A stretch of DNA of 64,000 nt from Mustelus asterias (lineage: Eukaryota): the NCBI RefSeq assembly GCF_964213995.1, contig NC_135814.1:75206001-75270000 (forward strand), read 5' to 3'. Position numbers and translations under genes: made by a program. Shown here piece by piece: positions 50,191-62,104 of the stretch (its first letter is position 1; every line of letters begins with the position of its first letter). The notes beneath the pieces are model-generated. The model was not told the origin of the DNA. It saw only the letters and a program-made list of their open reading frames with translations, and made no database searches.

Positions 50191-52384
50191 TTTACAGTGA
50201 GCCTAACGTCAGTAGTGGGTAAGTTGTTAGAAGGTATTCTAAGAGACAGGAGCTACAGGCATCTAGAGAGGCAAAGACTGATTAGGGACAGTCAGCATAG
50301 CTTTGTGAGCGAAAGATCATGTTTCACAAATTTGATTGAATTTTTTGAAGGGGTAACCAAGGGGCCAATTCCCCCAAAAGTGCTGAATTGGTGAGAAAAC
50401 TGGTCTAGATCACAACTCTTTTTTCAGTGCAACTTCAGACCCGAATCTCCACACTCTGTGCAATGCAGAGGTCCTAATCGTGAATATCATTAAAAATGCA
50501 GGGGGGGGATGGGGCCTATTCACGTCAGAGGCTGATAGCTCTGGAACTCTGCGCACGCGCAGTGGCCCCGATCTGTCGGTCTCCCCATGTGTTGGCCAGC
50601 TCTAACGCTGGCCAGCCCAGGACCCCCACGGTGCTGCCCCTCCTGACACACCACGGTCCGATCGTGGCCCCCATGACAATTCTCGGGTCAGCCCCAACCC
50701 ACAATGCTCTCCCCCCCCAGCCTTGGAGTGCCATGATCTCCAGGACCTCTCCCCCCTTGGGCAGTGCCGGGGGCACAGGCTGGCACTGCCAGGGTGCCCA
50801 TGCCCTCGCCCCCGCCGCCCGACCCCCTGGGGGGGGGCCCGATTGCCCCCCCTTTCGTTCCAATGGGGTCTCCTGCTAGTTCCCCGAATGTGGGAGCTAC
50901 TCTAAACCCCGGAGTGAAATACTCCTGGTGGGGTGGGAGATGTTATCGGGCCCAGCAAGTTGCAGACCGGGCCCAATAATGGCATTTAAAATAGATTAAA
51001 AATACATTTAAAACAATTAAAATCACTTACCTCTCTTCTCGCCGGTTTCCAGCACGGTCCCAACTGTGCCTGTTCTCTGGCTCTGGGAGACGTGCATGCG
51101 TCGGGAATGCATGCGCAAATCCTGCGAAATGGCCGACATGCGCATCTCTAGACGTGACCTACCAGAAGATTTGCCGCCTCCTCCTCCCCCCCCCCCGGAG
51201 GTAGATGAGGGCAGTGCAGTCGACGTTGTCTACATGGACTTTAGCAAGGCCCATGACAAGGTACTGCATGGTAGGTTGTTGCATAAGGTTAAATCTCACG
51301 GGATCCAGGGTGAGGTAGCCAACTGGATACAAAATTGGCTTGACGACAGAAGGCAGAGGGTGGTTGTAGAGGGTTCCTTTTCAAACTGGAGATCTGTGAC
51401 CAGCGGTATGCCTCAGAGATCGGTGCTGGGTCCACTGTTACTTGCCATTTATATTAATGATTTGGATTTGAATTTAGGAGGAATGTTTAGCAATTCTGCA
51501 GATGATACCAAGATTGGTGACATAGTGGACATTGAAGAAGGTATCTAGGATTGCAAAAGGATCTTGATCAATTGGGCCAGTCAGTGGGCTAATGAATGGC
51601 AGATGGAGTTTTATTTAGACAAATGGAGCCGATGCATTTTGGTAGATCAAACCAGGGCAGGACTTACCCAGTTAATGGTGGGGCACTGGGGAAAGTTACA
51701 CAAAGAGATCAAGGGGTGTGGGTTAATAGCTCCTTAAAAGTGGAGTCTCAGGTGGACAGAGTGGTGAAGAAGGCAATCGGCTTGATTGGTTTCATTGGTC
51801 AGAACATTGAATACAGGAGTTGGGACGTCTTGTTGAAGTTGTACTAGATTGGTACGGCCACACTTGGAATAATACGTACAGTTCTGGCCACTCTATTATA
51901 GAAAGGATATTATTAAACTAGAAAGAGTGCAGAAAGGGTTTACTAGGGTGCTACTGGGATTTGATGGTTTGAAGTATAAGGAGAGGCTGGATAGACTGGG
52001 ACTTTTTCCCTGGAGCGTAGAAGATTTAGGGGTGATCTTATAGAGGTCTAGAAAATGAGGAGCATAGATAAGGTAGATAGTCAACATCTTTTCCTGACGG
52101 TAGGGGAGTCTAAAACTAGAGGGCATAGGTTTAAGGTGAGAGGGGAGAGATACAAAAGGGTCGAGAGGGGCAATTGTTCATACAGAGGGTTGAGTGTGTC
52201 TGGAACGAGCTGCCAGAGGTAGATAGGTACAATTTTGTCTTTTAAAAAGCATTTAGATAATTACATGGGTAAGATTGATATAGAGGGATATGGACTAAAC
52301 GCGAGCAATTGGGACTAACTTAACTGGACGGCATGGACAAATTGGGCTGAAGAGCCTGTTTCCGTGTTGTAAATCTCGATGACT
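50191..52384 (+). mobile_element. 5'-truncated CR1 with a GC-rich element (50362-51197) inserted
   Basis: ATTTC duplication at 50186-50190 and 52385-52389; RT sequence GTAACCAAG|...|GAGGTAGATGAG is split by the insert. Confidence 0.85.
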
Positions 52385-52553
52385 ATTTCAGGCCGGGATT
52401 CTGACGAAAAGTGGTGAAACCGAAACATTAATTGTCTCTCTCTCCACAGATGCTGCTGAACATTTTCATAATTTTCTGCTTTATTTCAAATTTCTAGCAT
52501 CTGCAGTACTTTGCTTGTATGTTAGGGAAAAAATAGTTAGCCTTCTCTCTTAC

Positions 52554-52718
52554 CTCTGCTTGGTCCCAACTGGATAATTTCTTGGGTGTGGCACTCGGAG
52601 TTTGATCTGCTGTCTGATCCCATCGGCGCTTGCGCTTGGCAGGCTGCTGAGCTGATCCATTGACTGCCTTAAGATCTCCAGCTTTAGCTTTCTCAGCTAG
52701 CTGTTGCCTTATTTCTCT
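52554..52718 (-). CDS. SF3B1: SF3B1 exon 6 (165 nt)
   Basis: [12 protein letters not shown]...KRKRRWDQ...[10 protein letters not shown]; cag| and |gtaaga. Confidence 0.95.
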
Positions 52719-52837
52719 CTGAAATAAACAAATACACAGATCAACCAAACTTTAATATAAAACCAGGCTGCTACTAATGGATTTATGAGGTGTTACATGT
52801 ATACAAAACAAACATTTCAACCCAAAGAGTGCATTAC

Positions 52838-52917
52838 CTCTTCCTTTGTTAAATGCTGTTCTCGCATTACATCCATGTAGGTTCTGGCATGGACCTTAGG
52901 ATCTGGTGTCTTTCCAC
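52838..52917 (-). CDS. SF3B1: SF3B1 exon 5 (80 nt)
   Basis: cag|GTGGAAAG...GAG|gtaatg; [27 protein letters not shown]. Confidence 0.95.
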
Positions 52918-53277
52918 CTGAGGGACAAAAATAGTGAGAATAGACCAGAAAAAAATTAGTGCAAATATAAGAAAAAAGACAACTTTATTTTATCTAGTTA
53001 CAATATTTTTGCATTAACAGTCTACATTTATTTTGGTTCAACTTTAAGTTTAAAATTGCTGACTTCTCAATTTTATATTTGTTCAAATCACAGCAACTTA
53101 CAGAGAAGCAACCCTGATGGTCAATTTAGCCTGCTTGAATACAAACAGTAATAATTACAACAATCTAAAAATAAATGCCTTAAGTGCAGTTATAAGCAAA
53201 TCATACGCAAGACATCAAAACACATTTAAGTGTCCATTATTGTTGGTTTTCCTTCGGTGATGTTCCGGAATACGTAC

Positions 53278-53333
53278 ACTGGCGGGCCTGTGTGTCCATC
53301 AGCAGTTCTGACTTCAAGCAGCAGAACAGAAGC
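53278..53333 (-). other. SF3B1: conserved poison / alternative terminal exon C in SF3B1 intron 4 (56 nt)
   Basis: tttctag|GCTTCTGTTCTGCTGCTTGA gives ...DPFAD-GFCSAA*, matching the recalled human short isoform end GFYSAA*; donor AGT|gtacgt; AATAAA downstream at 53032-53027. Confidence 0.8.
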
Positions 53334-53655
53334 CTAGAAAATTATCTCTTTACCATTAGTAACACTTTGGAAAGGGTTTTAAAATTCAAAACATCACACC
53401 TTGTGTTAGTTTTTAAAATCTCACTCAATATGTGTACTAACAAACTTCTTAGGAGAAAACAAGTTTTACCTGTTTAATATTAACCATATTAAAAAATAAT
53501 TGTAAATGCAACTATTTAAGCATAAAAAGTTACTTTTCAACAGGATACTTTTATTTGGGATTATGCTGTTTGGGTTTGTCTAAAACATGCTACACTGGCA
53601 GTGTCATACTGCCATTTTCATTGGACTTCCTTTTGGTTTACTTTTTCAGCATAAC

Positions 53656-53717
53656 CTACACACGATCTGTTGCACTGCACCCTTAAGAATGCAGACAGGA
53701 CTGTCATAGCAGTACTG
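53656..53717 (-). other. SF3B1: candidate poison cassette exon B in SF3B1 intron 4 (about 62 nt)
   Basis: TACTAAC (53747-53741), then pyrimidine tract and ctacag|cag tandem acceptor; reads AVLL* or VLL* after exon 4; donor TAG|gttatg is tentative. Confidence 0.5.
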
Positions 53718-54495
53718 CTGTAGGAAAGAAATTAAGGACAGTTAGTATGGGCCCGTGGAATTCCGGCAAACATATTTAGAGCAATTACAGTTACAAAAAT
53801 GTCAGTTTCTATCCGTGATAAAACATATATACTGTAGGTCTGATATCTCTTTCAATTAAACCTGCATGACTAGTTAAACTGAAAATGTACTACATCGAGC
53901 AAAAATTCCTATGTCACTGATAAATGTAAACTCAACCACCTGAAAAAAAACAAAACTTCCATCTGGCCCACTATGCCTCCCAGCAACAACCACATGCCTA
54001 GTAGCTAACTAACTACAATTAGAATTGTTTCTAAAAGGCCACTCCAAATTAATTCAGAGGATGGCAAGCTCCAACTTAGATTTGTGATAAAAACAGGAGC
54101 TTATGGAAATCTGTCTTTATCACAGAACTTGGAACAGCCAAATTCTCCTCTTTCCAAACATTTCCCTCTCTCCCGATTTCTTATGGAAACGCAAACTCTT
54201 GGAAAAATGGTTCCACAGGCATGACCTGTTGTACCACACTTGGGTGGCTATTTATCTGCACATGCGATTGATACGGAGGAAGGATAGGTGGGAGGTTGCT
54301 CAAAAGTCCACCCTGTTATCGTCCAATATTCACATATCTCACTTTTAGTGAGGCCAGTGAATAATGGCAGGAATAATGACCAACTTCTCCATTTTCTCTA
54401 TTGCAGGAGCACTGAGGTCAATGTTAAGAGTCCGACTCTGGCTCTGGCTAACATGGCAAAGATTGGAAATTTATCTAATGATCTACATAACTTAC

Positions 54496-54604
54496 TTTGT
54501 AGATCACTGGGGAAGTGTTCTTTTCATCAAGAGAATATCACTCAGAAGCAATGGATTCACATACTTCAAAAAGTCCTGCAACAATCCATGCTTAGCAACA
54601 TTTT
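54496..54604 (-). other. SF3B1: candidate poison cassette exon A in SF3B1 intron 4 (109 nt)
   Basis: ttttctctag|AAAATG...CTACAAA|gtaagt; spliced to exon 4 it reads ENVAKHGLLQDFLKYVNPLLLSDILLMKRTLPQ* (TGA at 54506-54504). Confidence 0.55.
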
Positions 54605-55822
54605 CTAGAGAAAACAGTGCCGCTTAAAATAAACAGAAGCCCAATCATTTTAGTTAACTATAAAGGAGAAATTAAAATTGAATAATTTGTCCATAAGAGA
54701 CACATTTTGCAACTTTCAATTTAATAGTTTGTATTAAATTGTAATTTTTAAAATTGAAGTCACTCAGTCAGCGACTGCAGAGTGAATGTGCATCAATGTG
54801 CAACTTGTACAGCAGTGCATCAATTGAAAACTTCTTGAAAAATTCAATCTAGTTAATTTAAGATTGCTTTTTAACTGATAAGTTTTCAAACATACCTATG
54901 CACAATTAATTATTTTATGTATGAATTAGCAGTAACTTGTGCTGCATTATTCAATATGTGCAAAATAACTTTTTTGATAGCAATAAACCTAAAGCAGTTT
55001 TTCAACTGCAGAATAATCACAAATTTGAGTTTTTAATATATGCAGTTGGATTTGAGGTAACTGTTCAGAATGATTGGCTACATATAGTTCTCAAATAATT
55101 AAACTGAAAACCTAATTAAAAGATGCTACAAGATCATGTCCATCTAAATGCAATACAAGAACCTGCCTGAAATTGGCCCCATCTGTCCGGGTAGACCAAA
55201 TGAATAGGGCAATTTAACGTTTTCCACTTGCAAGGTGTTCTGTGGGAGATGGTTTGTTTGGTGGGCCAGCAAACCTCTGTATACATCTGGAAAGGCCTTT
55301 TGTTTCACTTTTAATCTTTTTGCACATGCACCAAAGCCTTCCTCATAAGACTGGGCTGAAATGACTGTTCTTGTATGGTTTACAAATGCTACGTTCTTCC
55401 AGAAAAAAAACTATCACTATTCCCCATGAGCAATCTTTCATTCCATAAAAGAACAAAAATTCAGTCAAGAAGTCTCATTTAAAACAGAAGAATGTCTCAC
55501 TAATTTATTGTGGAAGGCAATGGGCATACACTCCTGAACATATTTAAATACTGACTTTTCAATTATATTGTTTCAACCGCCTGATGTGTACACAACAAAA
55601 CACAGGTAAAAGTAACCCTTCACATGTTGCATAACCACATGTATTTGTGCAGACTGATATGCAAGATCTGAAGTGCCTTTAACAAATTAATCTAGCTTTT
55701 AACAGTTCTCAAAATAAGATGCTTTAAATAGTTCAAACTGTGAAATAAGCATAGTAAATAAAGTTCAAGGGCTGAACTGTTATGCACCCTCATCAAAAAG
55801 CAGCACAATCTGAAAAAATTAC

Positions 55823-55937
55823 CATCTGCAAATGGGTCATGGCGTTCAGGGGAAATAATCATCTGTCTCCTACGTGCTTTATACTCATCTTCCCGTTCCA
55901 CAATCCGCTGCGGTCGGTGTTCAGCAAATGGATCATA
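55823..55937 (-). CDS. SF3B1: SF3B1 exon 4 (115 nt)
   Basis: cag|TATGAT...GATG|gtaatt; YDPFAEHRP...[13 protein letters not shown]; ends in phase 1. Confidence 0.95.
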
Positions 55938-56441
55938 CTGTAAATAAAAAAAAGGTTAAATAACAAAAGTCAGCATTAAACTTAAAAAATACTACATTTT
56001 ATCTAATAAAATGGTTCAAATTACAATTTCTCACAGCCATCCTACTGAAAAATATATTAAAGGCTGTACAGAAATATTCTGCTCATAAAGAAATCAAATA
56101 CCCAAAATGCAAATGATTCCAAGTTTTTGTGAAGGATATATTTGTAAATGATTCGAGCAATGTTGCCTGAATGGAAACTTTCTCATCAATGTGAGAGACA
56201 GAACTTACAGAAAACATGAAAATAGAACAGTATTTATTTATGGGCATCGCTGGTAAAGAACAACATCTACTACCCATTCCATTTGCAGGTTTTTGATAAA
56301 CAGGTTTATATATCTGCCAATCCTCACAATTTAAATAATGAGAAGAATTTCCACCAAGTGGAAGCAAAAGAAGTATATGCTTCTCAGTCCAGCGCTAAAT
56401 AAATGCTCAAACACAAAAAACTGAAAGGAACAGAATTCTAC

Positions 56442-56543
56442 CTGCTCATTTGACTGTGGTATATCATTCAGCAATGCCACTGGTGCGTGATATCCAGGCT
56501 TCTTCTGACCAAGCAAACTTGGAGACGAATAGTCATCATCATC
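56442..56543 (-). CDS. SF3B1: SF3B1 exon 3 (102 nt)
   Basis: ttag|GATGAT...CAG|gtagaa; [34 protein letters not shown]. Confidence 0.95.
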
Positions 56544-57197
56544 CTAAGAAAGCAAACATATATAATGCAGTAAAAAGAAATACTCCTTTTCTGATGGTGA
56601 ATCTATTTTTCTTGTATTTCAGCTTTTTAACAAACAAATATATTTTTAGCTTTATTTTGCTCTTATTTCCTCCTTAAAAACAGAATCCTTTGCACAATTA
56701 GGTGCAAGGAACAGTTGGTTATGTGTCTCCATAATGTCAATTTCATCTGAGAGACATTGCTAATATTCATGATTCTGCCAAGGAATCCAAATACTTGAAA
56801 AGTAAATTGTAAAAGATCTGAGAAAGTTTAAATACTCCCAAAAATGTAGTTATAAAAAATTGTTGGAAAAAGAATAATAAAGTTAGCTTTTATTTTGGAT
56901 TGCTCTAGAGAACAGCTATGATAATTATTTAAAGTTCCAGTTAAACCATGCGCTGAATAACATTACTTTCTTCACCATTTTGTACTGTCAGATCTGAATA
57001 CACCTACCTAGACATTTGATCAGTGTCTATAATTCAGCAAAGCAAACAAATCAAGGTGCCCAAATACCTTTTGTCAAATACCGTTAAATATTAACCCATC
57101 TGGAGTGTCCCAATTCAGACCTGACAGTAAACCAAAGATTCAAAAAATCACTCCAAATGATCCTTCAGACCATCACACAGCTTCAGAAGATAATTTT

Positions 57198-57505
57198 CAT
57201 AGAATCCCTACAGTGCAGGAGTCCATTCGGCCCATTGAGTCTGCACTGACGACAATCCCACCCAAGCCCTATTCCTGTAACCCCACATAATTACCCTGTT
57301 AATCCCCTAACACTAGGTTCAATTTAGCATGGCCAATCAACCTAACCCGCACATTTTTGGACTGTGGGAGGAAAACGGAGCACCTGGGGGAAACCCAGGC
57401 AGACAGGGGGAGAATGTACAAACTCCACACACTGCGACCCGAGGCCGGAATTGAACCCAAATTCCAGGCGCTGTGAGGCAGCAGTGCTAACCACTGTGCT
57501 ACCGT
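57198..57505 (-). mobile_element. HE1-type SINE
   Basis: reverse complement of the HE1 sequence. Confidence 0.9.
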
Positions 57506-57688
57506 GTTCTGTTTTTTTCTTGAAAAAGTTAAGATTTCAGGATATCATTTAAGATGGCACACCTTACATTTCCTAAATTATTTTGGTTAATACAATTTAA
57601 AATGTGGTATGGAAACAAATTGATTGAATAATAATGTTTATGCAATAGGTTGTAACTGAATGTCAACATTTTAAGCAAAATTATTTAC

Positions 57689-57864
57689 CTCTTCTTGCTC
57701 ATTCGCAGGAATTGATGTCATATATCCTGCAAATCTGCTGTCACTCCCACCATAGATTTCCTGATCATAGTAACCAGTTGAATCAAGGCCAACGCCATCA
57801 GCATCACCTTCTACAACAAGAGCTGCTTTCTTGTTCTGGATCTCTCTGATCTGCGCCTCAATAT
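57689..57864 (-). CDS. SF3B1: SF3B1 exon 2 (176 nt)
   Basis: ccaaag|ATATTGAG...GAAGAG|gtaaat; (D)[15 protein letters not shown]...[23 protein letters not shown]. Confidence 0.95.
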
Positions 57865-59369
57865 CTTTGGAAAGAGAAACAAAATTAAAAGTAGTTGCAA
57901 CTTGAGCGATTCCATTTTTTGTAGAGTTGTTGACGCTTTTGTCCATGGAAACTTTCCTTTGGGCGTTGGGACCACTTTCAGGTCCTGACCCCACACACTT
58001 CAGATGTGTGTCTGATGGCCTAATTTTACAATTAACAGGATGTCTCTATCTTGCTATCTACTTAGTAATGACGGATGGGTTCCAAAGACAAGTGCACAAT
58101 AATCGCAGCTATTTACAATGCGGGCTGATATGGCTGAATTAATGAGAGCAGCAGGTAGTTAATGCAGCTGCCATTAATATGTGTGGAATGGCTGTCCATT
58201 TCACGATTTAAAAATTCAAATGGTGTGGCTGCAAATGGGAAGACAGCAGCCTTTCCATTTGCTGTTGTTGAGGCTCCAACCTCCCATTATGAAATATCGA
58301 CAAGATCAAAGTATAGGGCTCGTTTGGCTTTTTAAGAACCCTAATTGACTACCTGCCACTGTCAATAGGAGCCAATCTCTGGGAAAAGTGTTCAGAAGTG
58401 GGGCAAGATGACATGGAGTTCACCTGATGCATGGTACCTCAAAGCTGCCTCCACAGGGTGTTCCAACCTGCTACCTCCCCACAAACTATTTATGAAAATA
58501 ATTATAACCCAAGTGTGAACTCTGATAGCTCCAGTCAATCAAACTTACCATATACGGATGGCAGCATTTTTACTTTCTTATTCATTGGATGGAGGTGTCA
58601 CTGCCTGGGCCAGCATTTATTGCCCATCCCTAGCTGCCCTTAATGTCCTCTAGCAAGCCACTCAGTTTAAGAGTCAATCACATTGCTGTCTGAAGTAACA
58701 TGTAGGCCTGACCAGCTAAGGATGGCAGATTTCCTTCACTAAAGAGCATTGGTGAACCAGATGAGCTTTTACGACAATTGATAACGATTTCATGGTCATC
58801 ATTAGATTTTTAATTCCAGATTTTAATTGAATTCAAATTTCATGATTTGAATCCTGGTCCCCAGAGCATTACCTTGGATCTCTGGGTAACTTCTAATGAC
58901 AATACCATTATGCCATCACCTCCTCCACATAGTTACTAGACTAACAATCTAGAGACCTGAATAAGTGATCCAGAAACATGAGCTTAAATCTCACATGATG
59001 TGGGGAACTTCAATTGTTAACTGAATAAATCTGCAATATAAAGCATCAGTGGAGGTAATGATGAAATTGCCAGACATTCATTAAAAAAAACATCTAGCTC
59101 ACTGATGTCCTTGAGGGAAGGTAATCTACTGTCCTCAAGTAGGCATTGAACCATTGTGTAGAACCATCCAGCACCAAACTAAGCAGCAGATGCAACAAAC
59201 GGGTGAGAATGGCCAAAGACAAAAAGGTTTGAAAGTTAGTCGGTGATTGTGTACGTGAAGTGAAGCAAAGGACTACAGTAGTATTTCGCAAACTATTTTC
59301 CAATGTGACCCCATTTTTACTCAGAATCACTTTCTCAAGGATTATTGGTGATAGGCAACAAATAATAAG

Positions 59370-59665
59370 TTAAGCTTATTTATTAGTGTCACAAGTAGGC
59401 TTATATCACTGCAATAATGTGAAAATCCCCTAGTCGCCACACTCCGGCACCTATTCGGGTACACTGAGGGAGAATTTAGCATGGCCAATACACCTAACCA
59501 GCACATCTTTTAGACTGTGGGAGGAAACCGGAGCACACGGAGGAAACCCAAGCAGCCACGGGAGAACATGCAGACTCCGTACAGACAGTGACCCAAGCCA
59601 GGAATCGAACCTGGGTTCCTGGCACAGTGAGGCAGCAGTGCTAACCACTGTACCACCATGCTGCC
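59370..59665 (-). mobile_element. tRNA-derived SINE, alternative-tail type
   Basis: same head as HE1; tail as in 478-745. Confidence 0.88.
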
Positions 59666-59989
59666 TTGCCAGTAAATCCCAAACCCCATGAACAAAAATA
59701 AAAACTCTTGAAAATTATCTTGATTTCAAATGCCAGCAAAAACAATTAAGCAGCAGGGTAACATTCAGTATATAAAGTCTGCATATTAAAGATTAAAATA
59801 CAATACAAAATAAATATGAAAATCATTCATTTTAAGTACTTCATAAAAACATTTAATGCACTCAGGTAGGTTTTAACAAAGCTCTGCATATTCCCTGATG
59901 ACAGAAGACTCAATGAAGTCTCCTTTCCCCCATCCAACCCCCAACACATACATTGTAATCAGTCCCTCTGACCCCACCACCAACACACA

Positions 59990-60290
59990 CACATGCCTCT
60001 CTTGTCAATCACCCCGCCAACACCAGCCCCTTTCAAAATCTCTCCCAACTTACTGAGCAACCACTCATCAGCCTTACACACACAGCAGGCCCTCTTCCCA
60101 ACGCCCTCCCCTTCACCCACTGACTCACTCAGCAGTCTCTTTTCCTACCACTATCCCCTCTATCACTCAGCAATCCTTCTTCCCAACCCTGTCACCCTAC
60201 TCAGCAGTTCCTCTTCCCAAACCCTCTTCCCTCCACTCACTCAACAGCCCCTCTTCACCAACCTCACTCACTTGGCAGTCTGGCCTTCCC
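59990..60290. repeat. degenerate C/T-rich tandem repeat (units of about 35-40 bp containing CACTCAGCAG)
   Basis: recurrent cactcagcag...cttccc units. Confidence 0.55.
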
Positions 60291-62104
60291 ATTGCTTTAT
60301 GGCAAAACCTTGCTGCCCTGGATGGCCAGGCCACTGTGACTGAAAACCAGCTGCAATTTACTACAATAAGCAGAGACTTGGGGTCTGCTGTTCCCTCCTC
60401 CCTCGCACGCCTGCCTCAACCTCTAGCCCCACCAAGCAGCCAGCAAAAGAGCGCGCACTCCCAGTGGGATGACTGATGGCAGCTGGGTCCAGACTGACAC
60501 GAGTGGCAACAGGTGAGGGTCAGCTCTGGAGGCATCAGCTGTGACAAGGCTCCTTACTCTGAAGTTCACAGATTGCACCTGGACAGCCCAGATTTCAGAG
60601 ATCAGTAAAAAGCACAAGATCGAGGTTGAGCTCACCGACAACTGCTAAAAGACAGAAATCAGAATATCATTTTCAAGGACAAAATTTCATTCTTGAAAAG
60701 ATGGAAATCCACCTAATGGTAGAAAATTCTTATTCCTGCAACAAAATCTCATAGTCGACCCTGTAAAATCCTCACCTACATCTGGAGACTTTCACCAAAA
60801 TTAAGAGAATTGTCCCAAAAGCTAGTGTAGCCTGACATAGCCATTCACAGAATTATATATTTTAAGACAATGTTCCAGACTTCTCCATCACCATTCCTGG
60901 GTACAGCCTGTCTCACCAGCAAGAAAGACCTGTCAGAGACAGTGGCACAGTAGTACACAGTAATTAATTAGGCTCTTGGAATCTTCAACACAATCCAATC
61001 TCATGGCAATCCGACCATAGGCAAGGAAACCTCCTGCCCTTCTTCAGCTGATAAATCAATGCTTCCTCTTGTTGAACACCACTTGGAAGGTACATTGAAG
61101 GTAGCAAAGGCACAGAATGCACCCTGAGTAGGTGCTTAAATGTCCATCATCAAACTTGGCTCAGAGGCACCACTACTGGCTGAGCAGGCCAAATCCTGTA
61201 GGACCATAGATGCCAGATAAGGCCTGCAGCAGGAGGTGAAATAACACAAAGGAAATCCCAATTTGACCTATCCTCGCCAATTTACCTATTGCAGATATAT
61301 CCTATTGCAGATGTATCTGTCCATAATAGTAGTGACAGAAGTGACCACCATTAAATTACTTGTTGCTGACAAATTCCTGTCCTTCACGTCATGTGGAACT
61401 ACCACTGTTCTAAATGGTACTGACTATATATCGACTAGCTAAGTGATCCGAAAGCCAACAAGTCAAATCAAAGCACTGCAGCTCCACCAAATCAATTCAC
61501 AAATGGTGGTAGACAATGAAACAAGTAACAGGAAGAGGTCACTCCATGAGCATCCACACCCTCAGTCATGGCAGACTTCAACTTACGAGTGAAAAATACA
61601 AGTGTTTGCAACCATCTTCAGCCAGGGGTACCAAGTGGATGATCCATCTTGGCCTCCTCTTGAAGTCTCTTTCAATACAGATGTCATTCTTCAGCCAATT
61701 TGATTCGTTCCACATAGTATAAAGGAATGACGGAGCAGTGGATAAAAAAGACTTGCCTTTATATAGCACCAAAGGAGACAGATCGAACACCTAATCCGAA
61801 AGAAGTGCAAGCACTCCTTCAGGACAGCATTGTCAAACAACAATTTTTGCGCTAAAGCCTTGGGTGTGGGACTTGAACCCAGATCTCTGTGACTCACAGG
61901 ACTCATTGGTACATATATGTCACTTGATAGCACAGTCAATATACCTTCCATCACTTTGTCTATGACTGAGAATAGATTGATGGGATGGTAATTGGCTGAA
62001 TTGGACATGTCCTGCTTCTTGTGGACAGGACATACCTGGCAATTTTCCATGTTGGGTGGGTGCCACTGTACTGGACTGTAGCTGTACTGGAACAGCTAAC
62101 ATAG

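Larger units (their letters stand above)
16334..57864 (-). other. SF3B1: SF3B1 gene span (coding exons 2-25; exon 1 outside window)
   Basis: 24 exons bounded by AG and GT/GC join in frame into a protein with RWDETP ULM motifs and HEAT repeats ending RYELDYIL*; exon sizes match the recalled human gene except for small N-terminal indels. Confidence 0.98.

Noticed and set aside
54226-54255. Possible fourth 30-nt stop-containing microexon (gtgcag|ATAAATAG...CAG|gtcatg)
   Set aside because: The pyrimidine tract is far from the AG and the donor is weak; not distinguishable from chance without data
54453-54470. ATGGCAAAGATTGGA (MAKIG), resembling the SF3B1 N-terminus MAKIA
   Set aside because: It is on the plus strand inside intron 4, the wrong strand and position for exon 1; coincidence
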